From the NCBI GenBank assembly GCA_963693365.1, contig CAVNZM010000004.1, positions 13,471,428 through 13,535,427 on the forward strand: DNA of 64,000 nucleotides. The letters are read 5' to 3'. The notes under the pieces were generated by a model. It was given only the letters and a program-made list of their open reading frames with translations, was not told the DNA's origin and searched no databases. Source of the stretch: Amoebidium appalachense. Lineage: Eukaryota; Protista; Ichthyosporea. Made by a program: the position numbers and the translations under genes. Of the stretch, positions 57,221 to 64,000 are shown piece after piece (within the stretch, counting starts at the first letter, position 1; each line of letters opens with the position of its first letter).

Positions 57221-58563
57221 ACACGTGTGGTGTCTAAACAGCCTATAGGCATGCTCCGTGTGCAGGCACCAATTTCTACCCTCTTCTGGTTGGTGCCAAG
57301 AGGCAGCGCCCTACACGTGTGGTGTCTAAACAGCCTATAGGCATGCTCCGTGTGCAGGCACCAATTTCTACCCTCTTCTGGTTGGTGCCAAGAGGCAGCG
57401 CCCTACACGTGTGGTGTCTAAACAGCCTATAGGCATGCTCCGTGTGCAGGCACCAATTTCTACCCTCTTCTGGTTGGTGCCAAGAGGCAGCGCCCTACAC
57501 GTGTGGTGTCTAAACAGCCTATAGGCATGCTCCGTGTGCAGGCACCAATTTCTACCCTCTTCTGGTTGGTGCCAAGAGGCAGCGCCCTACACGTGTGGTG
57601 TCTAAACAGCCTATAGGCATGCTCCGTGTGCAGGCACCAATTTCTACCCTCTTCTGGTTGGTGCCAAGAGGCAGCGCCCTACACGTGTGGTGTCTAAACA
57701 GCCTATAGGCATGCTCCGTGTGCAGGCACCAATTTCTACCCTCTTCTGGTTGGTGCCAAGAGGCAGCGCCCTACACGTGTGGTGTCTAAACAGCCTATAG
57801 GCATGCTCCGTGTGCAGGCACCAATTTCTACCCTCTTCTGGTTGGTGCCAAGAGGCAGCGCCCTACACGTGTGGTGTCTAAACAGCCTATAGGCATGCTC
57901 CGTGTGCAGGCACCAATTTCTACCCTCTTCTGGTTGGTGCCAAGAGGCAGCGCCCTACACGTGTGGTGTCTAAACAGCCTATAGGCATGCTCCGTGTGCA
58001 GGCACCAATTTCTACCCTCTTCTGGTTGGTGCCAAGAGGCAGCGCCCTACACGTGTGGTGTCTAAACAGCCTATAGGCATGCTCCGTGTGCAGGCACCAA
58101 TTTCTACCCTCTTCTGGTTGGTGCCAAGAGGCAGCGCCCTACACGTGTGGTGTCTAAACAGCCTATAGGCATGCTCCGTGTGCAGGCACCAATTTCTACC
58201 CTCTTCTGGTTGGTGCCAAGAGGCAGCGCCCTACACGTGTGGTGTCTAAACAGCCTATAGGCATGCTCCGTGTGCAGGCACCAATTTCTACCCTCTTCTG
58301 GTTGGTGCCAAGAGGCAGCGCCCTACACGTGTGGTGTCTAAACAGCCTATAGGCATGCTCCGTGTGCAGGCACCAATTTCTACCCTCTTCTGGTTGGTGC
58401 CAAGAGGCAGCGCCCTACACGTGTGGTGTCTAAACAGCCTATAGGCATGCTCCGTGTGCAGGCACCAATTTCTACCCTCTTCTGGTTGGTGCCAAGAGGC
58501 AGCGCCCTACACGTGTGGTGTCTAAACAGCCTATAGGCATGCTCCGTGTGCAGGCACCAATTT
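57221..58563. repeat. Perfect tandem array, 14.6 x 92 bp
   Basis: Unit ACACGTGTGGTGTCTAAACAGCCTATAGGCATGCTCCGTGTGCAGGCACCAATTTCTACCCTCTTCTGGTTGGTGCCAAGAGGCAGCGCCCT at 57221+92n; no differences seen between copies. Confidence 0.98.
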
Positions 58564-58749
58564 GTTGTGCCTTCCTTTTTTGGTTAGATCTATACCCGGC
58601 CAATGGTTAGCAGCCACGGGTTTGTTTTCATCAAGCTTAGACGTGATACTTTGCCAACCATCAAGGCCGTTTGAGTGACAATGACCGTTGATTGGAGAGA
58701 TCTATCCCATTGAGCCTTGGCACCATTGCTGTAAGCTGCTTTGTACCGT

Positions 58750-58762
58750 GGCATATAAAAGC
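58750..58762 (+). promoter_or_regulatory. TATA element GGCATATAAAAGC upstream of the 58857 ORF
   Basis: About 95 nt before the ATG; CCAAT/ATTGG boxes at about 58600 and 58691; identical 13-mer upstream of the 63151 ORF. Confidence 0.7.
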
Positions 58763-58856
58763 AGCACACACGGTCACATTCATTCATTTCAACACTGACA
58801 CTCAATAGTAAAAGGCGACACACAACAAACTTGTTTTTCAAACACTCACACGAAAC

Positions 58857-60117
58857 ATGGATTCTTGGAAAGAGGAGCTTCAACAGCTGCAGAAGCGCTT
58901 TGATTTTCTGTACACGGACCATTCGTCTCGCTTAACGGCCCTGCACACCGACGTCACCAGCCTCCGCACCGACCTCACCAGCCTCCGCAGTCAAGTGACC
59001 AATGAGAATGCTGCGCGTACCCCCCGACCCCCCCAACCCCAGCCCTCTGATGTAGAGGCATGACTGAGGGCAGCCGAAGAGCAGATCAAGACCCTGCAGG
59101 CCGAGCTTGCCAGCCTGCAACGGGCTGCAGCACCCCGACGGTCGGGATGGCCAGGTGGCCTATGAAAACTACATTTTCAGTGGCCCTCGCAAGACTACCA
59201 TTGCCGCCAACACCACCACTGTGACTGCTGACCCCACCCCTGCCGCCAACACCACCACTGTGACTGCCCCCACCCCTGCCGCAAAGACCACCCCTGTGAC
59301 TGCCCCCACCCCTGTCGCAAAGACCGCCCCTGTGACTGCCCCCACCCCTGCCGCAAAGACCACCCCTGTGACTGCCCCCACCCCTGCCGCAAAGACCACC
59401 CCTGTGACTGCCCCCACCCCTGCCGCAAAGACCACTCCTGTGACTGCCCCCACCCCTGCCGCAAAGACCACTCCTGCCAAGACCACCCCTACCACCAAGA
59501 CCACTCCTGCCAAGACCACCCCTACCACCAAGACCACTCCTGCCAAGACCACCCCTACCACCAAGACCACTCCTGCCAAGACCACCCCTGCCGCTAAGCC
59601 CAGGCCCAAGCACACCAAAACACCTGAGACTTCGTTGCATGACCATACGATGGACCTCGATGCACAGCTAACTAGTGTGAGGGGGGAGCTCCAGAATGCT
59701 CGAGAGCGTGTCAAAGAGGCAAAGGCGGCTGAAGATGAAATGGCGGAGGGCCTGGCCATTGCTGCTGTGTGTGCAGCCCAAAACACCATAAAAAGCATCC
59801 GAAGGAAGATTCTGCGACGGGAGAAGAACTTGAAGGCATACACAGGTGGTAATGAGTCTGTCTCTTCACCTGCCTCACCCGCCAAACGCGTCCATGATCA
59901 ATGTGATTGGGACTCAGATGAAGCATTCAACCCCAAGCGGCTCAAACGACGGGCAAATCAGGTACTCGATGATATGACAGATGACGAATCTGCGTCTGAT
60001 CGTGAGTCGGTCGTGTATGACCGCAAACCTGAACCCAAACATAAACAAACTGAAGAAATTCCCCTCATTGATCTTGACCAGGAAGAGTTTGACCAGTATG
60101 AGCATGAGATGTACTGA
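58857..60117 (+). pseudogene. Interrupted or recoded gene: coiled-coil, Thr/Pro/Ala/Lys repeats, coiled-coil, basic/acidic tail
   Basis: 68-aa ORF 58857-59063 ends in TGA, but the heptad pattern continues (LRAAEEQIKTLQAELASLQR). Coding then moves to the frame of ORF 59107-60117 (12-aa TTPVTAPTPAAK and 11-aa KTTPAKTTPTT repeats, helical domain, PKRLKRR, IPLIDLDQEE). Confidence 0.65.
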
Positions 60118-60517
60118 TTTGATTGGTCGACTAAGTGGCATTCTCTTTTGATTTGTATTTGAATTGATCGGTCTTGATTTATTTGTTTCTTTTCTCTTTT
60201 AGTTTGTATTTGAATATACTCGGTCCAAGTTGATTTGTTCTTTGTAATCTGACTAGACTATCATGTACGTACGTACTCTTTTTCTATACAATCACTTGTG
60301 TTCATATTAAAGGATTCTGTGTACGTGGACCACGGAAACATACACCATTTTTTGCAGTGCTTCATGCTATAAAATAACCATGAGAGACACAAACAAATAC
60401 ACTAAGTGTGTACACGTCTACCCATAGGCCCAAGTGTTGACATGTCTGCCCACAGTTCCCTAAGGCTTAAAGCACACATCTGCCTGTATGCCATAAACTT
60501 TACTTTCACCACAAGAC

Positions 60518-62302
60518 ACCCACCTAAGTACACTCTGCACCACCCTAAGTACACTGTGGTGCACAGCCCCACCCTAAGTACACGTCTGCACCACCCTAAG
60601 TACACTGTGGTGCACAGCCCCACCCTAAGTACACGTCTGCACCACCCTAAGTACACCTCTGCACCACCCTAAGTACACCTCTGCACCACCCTAAGTACAC
60701 CTCTGCACAGCCCCACCCTAAGTACACGTCTGCACCACCCTAAGTACACTGTGGTGCACAGCCCCACCCTAAGTACACGTCTGCACCACCCTAAGTACAC
60801 CTCTGCACCACCCTAAGTACACCTCTGCACCACCCTAAGTACACCTCTGCACAGCCCTAAGTACACCTCTGCACCACCCTAAGTACACCTCTGCACCACC
60901 CTAAGTACACTGTGGTGCACAGCCCCACCCTAAGTACACGTCTGCACCACCCTAAGTACACTGTGGTGCACAGCCCCACCCTAAGTACACGTCTGCACCA
61001 CCCTAAGTACACCTCTGCACCACCCTAAGTACACCTCTGCACCACCCTAAGTACACCTCTGCACAGCCCCACCCTAAGTACACGTCTGCACCACCCTAAG
61101 TACACTGTGGTGCACAGCCCCACCCTAAGTACACGTCTGCACCACCCTAAGTACACCTCTGCACAACCCTAAGTACACGTCTGCACCACCCTAAGTACAC
61201 CTCTGCACCACCCTAAGTACACGTCTGCACCACCCTAAGTACACCTCTGCACCACCCTAAGTACACTGTGGTGCACAGCCCCACCCTAAGTACACGTCTG
61301 CACCACCCTAAGTACACTGTGGTGCACAGCCCCACCCTAAGTACACGTCTGCACCACCCTAAGTACACCTCTGCACCACCCTAAGTACACCTCTGCACCA
61401 CCCTAAGTACACCTCTGCACAGCCCCCACCCTAAGTACACGTCTGCACCACCCTAAGTACACTGTGGTGCACAGCCCCACCCTAAGTACACGTCTGCACC
61501 ACCCTAAGTACACTGTGGTGCACAGCCCCACCCTAAGTACACGTCTGCACCACCCTAAGTACACCTCTGCACCACCCTAAGTACACGTCTGCACCACCCT
61601 AAGTACACCTCTGCACCACCCTAAGTACACGTCTGCACCACCCTAAGTACACGTCTGCACCACCCTAAGTACACCTCTGCACCACCCTAAGTACACGTCT
61701 GCACCACCCTAAGTACACCTCTGCACCACCCTAAGTACACGTCTGCACCACCCTAAGTACCCGTCTGCACCACCCTAAGTACACGTCTGCACCACCCTAA
61801 GTACACGTCTGCACCACCCTAAGTACACTCTGCACAGCCCCACCCCAAGTACACCTCTGCACCACCCTAAGTACACGTCTGCACCACCCTAAGTACACCT
61901 CTGCACCACCCTAAGTACACGTCTGCACCACCCTAAGTACCCGTCTGCACCACCCTAAGTACACGTCTGCACCACCCTAAGTACACGTCTGCACCACCCT
62001 AAGTACACTCTGCACAGCCCCACCCTAAGTACACGTCTGCACCACCCTAAGTACACTCTGCACAGCCCCACCCTAAGCACACTCTGCACCACCCTAAGTA
62101 CACTCTGCACCACCCTAAGTACCTCTACACCATCCTAAGTACACGTCTGCACAGCCCCACCCTTTAAGTACACGTCTGCACAGCCCCACCCTTTAAGTAC
62201 ACGTCTGCACCATCCTAAGTACACGTCTGCACAGCCCCACCCTTTAAGTACACGTCTGCACAGCCCCACCCTAAGTACACTCAATGTTAAGTACACCTGC
62301 AC
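60518..62302. repeat. 1.8-kb minisatellite of 22-29-bp units, nearly all containing CCCTAA
   Basis: Variants CCCTAAGTACAC(C/G)TCTGCACCA (22 bp), CCCTAAGTACACCTCTGCACAGCCCCA (27 bp) and CCCTAAGTACACTGTGGTGCACAGCCCCA (29 bp); about 70-75 units by estimate. Confidence 0.97.
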
Positions 62303-62359
62303 ACAAGCACTAGAATAGCCTGAGGCTACTCTCTAATAGCGGCCCCTTTTTTCACCGTG

Positions 62360-63151
62360 TCAAGGCCAGTTGATATCTCCGTCTGAAGACTCGGAAGACG
62401 CCCCAGAGCTGCTGGCTTCACTGGCTCGTGCCCTTTTCTGCTGTCCCCGTGTCAAGGTCTTGGACTCGGAAGACGAGTGCTCCTCAGAAGACGAGTACTC
62501 CTCAGGTCCCCATAGCAAGGTCTTGAACCAAGGAGGCACTTCCTCCTGTACCTCCGACCCAGAGCTTTTGACTTCCTCTCGTGTCCTCTTCTGCTGTCTT
62601 CGTGGTTTCTCCCGTGTCTTGGACCCCTGTGTGAAGGTCTTCCAGTTGAACCAAGGAGGCACTGGAGAATGGTGCTCCTCCTCCGACCCAGAGCTTCTGA
62701 CTTCCTCTCGTGTCCTCTTCTGCTGTCTTCGTGGTTTCTCCCGTGTCTTGGACCCCTGTGTGATGTGCAAACGTGAGCGCTGCAGGGGCAGGGGGGCCAA
62801 GTCCACGGGATAGGAGCTGCCATGCTCGCCAGCACGAAGTGCAGGTGCCGCTGCCAGGACAGGGGGTGCCACGGTCAGCGCTGGGGGTGCCACGGTCAGC
62901 GCTGGGGGTGCCACGGTCAGCGCTGGGGGTGCCACGGTTGCTGCTGTAGTGGTGCGCTTGCTTAAAGCCATGCGGGCGTGCCTAGCAAGGGCGCACGCGA
63001 AACGGGTCTGGGTGTCCCGCAGGACCTTTGCATCCTCCTCCAAAGTCTTGAGTCTTGTCTCTATTTTTTTAGCGCGCCTTTCTAGATCTTTGATGTTAGA
63101 ACTCATTTTCGTGACAGTTGGTTGTGTGCCAAGGGAGAAGCTAGCTAACAT
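62360..63151 (-). CDS. Intronless 263-aa orphan protein: N-terminal coiled-coil, (TVAPPAL) repeats, duplicated basic/Ser-Glu module
   Basis: Uninterrupted ATG-to-TGA ORF with upstream TATA and several CCAAT boxes; no recognisable family. Confidence 0.7.
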   Translation of the reverse strand: MLASFSLGTQPTVTKMSSNIKDLERRAKKIETRLKTLEEDAKVLRDTQTRFACALARHARMALSKRTTTAATVAPPALTVAPPALTVAPPALTVAPPVLAAAPALRAGEHGSSYPVDLAPLPLQRSRLHITQGSKTREKPRRQQKRTREEVRSSGSEEEHHSPVPPWFNWKTFTQGSKTREKPRRQQKRTREEVKSSGSEVQEEVPPWFKTLLWGPEEYSSSEEHSSSESKTLTRGQQKRARASEASSSGASSESSDGDINWP

Positions 63152-63182
63152 GGAAAAGGTGTGTGGATTGAAGAGAGTATGG

Positions 63183-63195
63183 GCTTTTATATGCC
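63183..63195 (-). promoter_or_regulatory. TATA element GGCATATAAAAGC upstream of the 63151 ORF
   Basis: GCTTTTATATGCC on the + strand; CCAAT boxes (GATTGG on +) at about 63232, 63264, 63293, 63376 and 63424. Confidence 0.7.
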
Positions 63196-63784
63196 GTGCC
63201 CGGCTTTGGCATCAGATGCTTTATTGCATTAGATTGGTTGGATATACCCCAGCCGCGACGCTTGATTGGATCTAGAGATCGCGTGAATATCTGATTGGCT
63301 AATTGTCATTTGGGCATCTTGGTGTATCCGATAAGTTGGGGCTCAACCAAATCTGCTGACTGATTGATGAATTCTGATTGGATCAACAAGAGCATGTTTT
63401 GACTTGAGAATTGTCATTTGACAGATTGGATTGTAATCCGATCTTTGGAACTTGGCCGTCAGTGTTTGAACACAATGTATTTTGATGTAGCAACTCCTAA
63501 AAAAACACGAATATGCTTCCCAACAATTACGAGCATTATTCTGTCTATCAGGGATACAAAAATTGGTCAGGAAAAGTACACAATCACATGGTGCTGACTG
63601 CTTGAACACGATGTCAACTGATAGCGAATCGGTGCACTGCCTGCTGGGAACAACATGTCACTTTTTGAGCAGCACTTAGGAAACTCGCGCTCACGTGGAT
63701 CCAATACTTATACACCAACCAGAAGTGTGCGCACAAAAAGGGGTCCGAGCTGGATACAAATGGCTTGGTGTGTGTGTGTGTGTG

Positions 63785-64000
63785 TTTTATTTTGCACTGT
63801 GTAAGGAGCGCTTTTTTCTGTTCACACTGCTTTACTTTGTAAATAATCAGTGGCGAGTTTTTTTAGTTCACGGTGTGTTTGCGCATCATAGGATTTTGCT
63901 TTATTTTGCATTGTGTAAGAGGAACGTTTTTTTTTGGGTCACACTTTTGCTTCGTAAAAATAAGAGGGACGTTTTTTTTGTTCACACTGCTTTGCTTCGT
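63785..64000. repeat. Degenerate T-rich tandem repeat running off the window end
   Basis: Recurring TTTTTT.GTTCACACTGCTTT.CTT.GT and TTTATTTTGCA.TGTGTAAG blocks. Confidence 0.6.

Noticed and set aside
57221-58563. CRISPR array, tRNA array (72-nt GGTGCC...GGCACCA permutation) or hammerhead (minus-strand CAGAAGA...GAAA)
   Set aside because: Units are identical with no spacers and no cas genes; no TTC T-loop or D-loop consensus; the hammerhead core lacks U4, stem II and the cleavage triplet.
59086-59885. Antisense ORFs (186, 238 and 89 aa) over gene A
   Set aside because: Shadow frames of in-frame tandem repeats; promoter and composition support the + strand.
60518-62302. CRISPR-like repeat/spacer array or true terminal telomere
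   Set aside because: Only about four recurring inter-repeat variants rather than unique spacers, and unique coding sequence continues on both sides.

Overview
Eukaryotic genomic DNA, intron-rich and saturated with (CA)n/(GT)n, (GA)n and G/C/A/T homopolymer tracts; most ORF-track entries are artefacts of these repeats. The gene content suggests a unicellular opisthokont/holozoan (inference only). Bases 1-56.1 kb hold seven spliced genes reconstructed by hand from GT-AG exons: a Pro/Gln/Tyr-rich protein (-), NUBP2/Cfd1 (-), NOP9 (+), CutA (-), a ~178-aa multi-pass membrane protein resembling a bacterial family of unknown function (+), an SLC25A39/40 mitochondrial carrier (-) and mitochondrial methionyl-tRNA synthetase (-). 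Introns of three of these genes carry four copies of an ~860-bp non-coding, hairpin-rich, 5'-truncating element. Every copy ends at a poly-C tract and is co-oriented with its host gene. At 56.28 kb the sequence changes character abruptly: a 403-bp GC-rich palindrome, 14.6 identical copies of a 92-bp unit, then two convergent coiled-coil/repeat genes with an identical 13-bp TATA element, flanking a 1.8-kb CCCTAA-containing minisatellite with a 356-bp higher-order period. This block looks like the end of a large, recently inserted mobile or viral element (or a subtelomere-like domain) and is the best candidate for an undescribed system. Homopolymer-flanked segments may contain sequencing errors.
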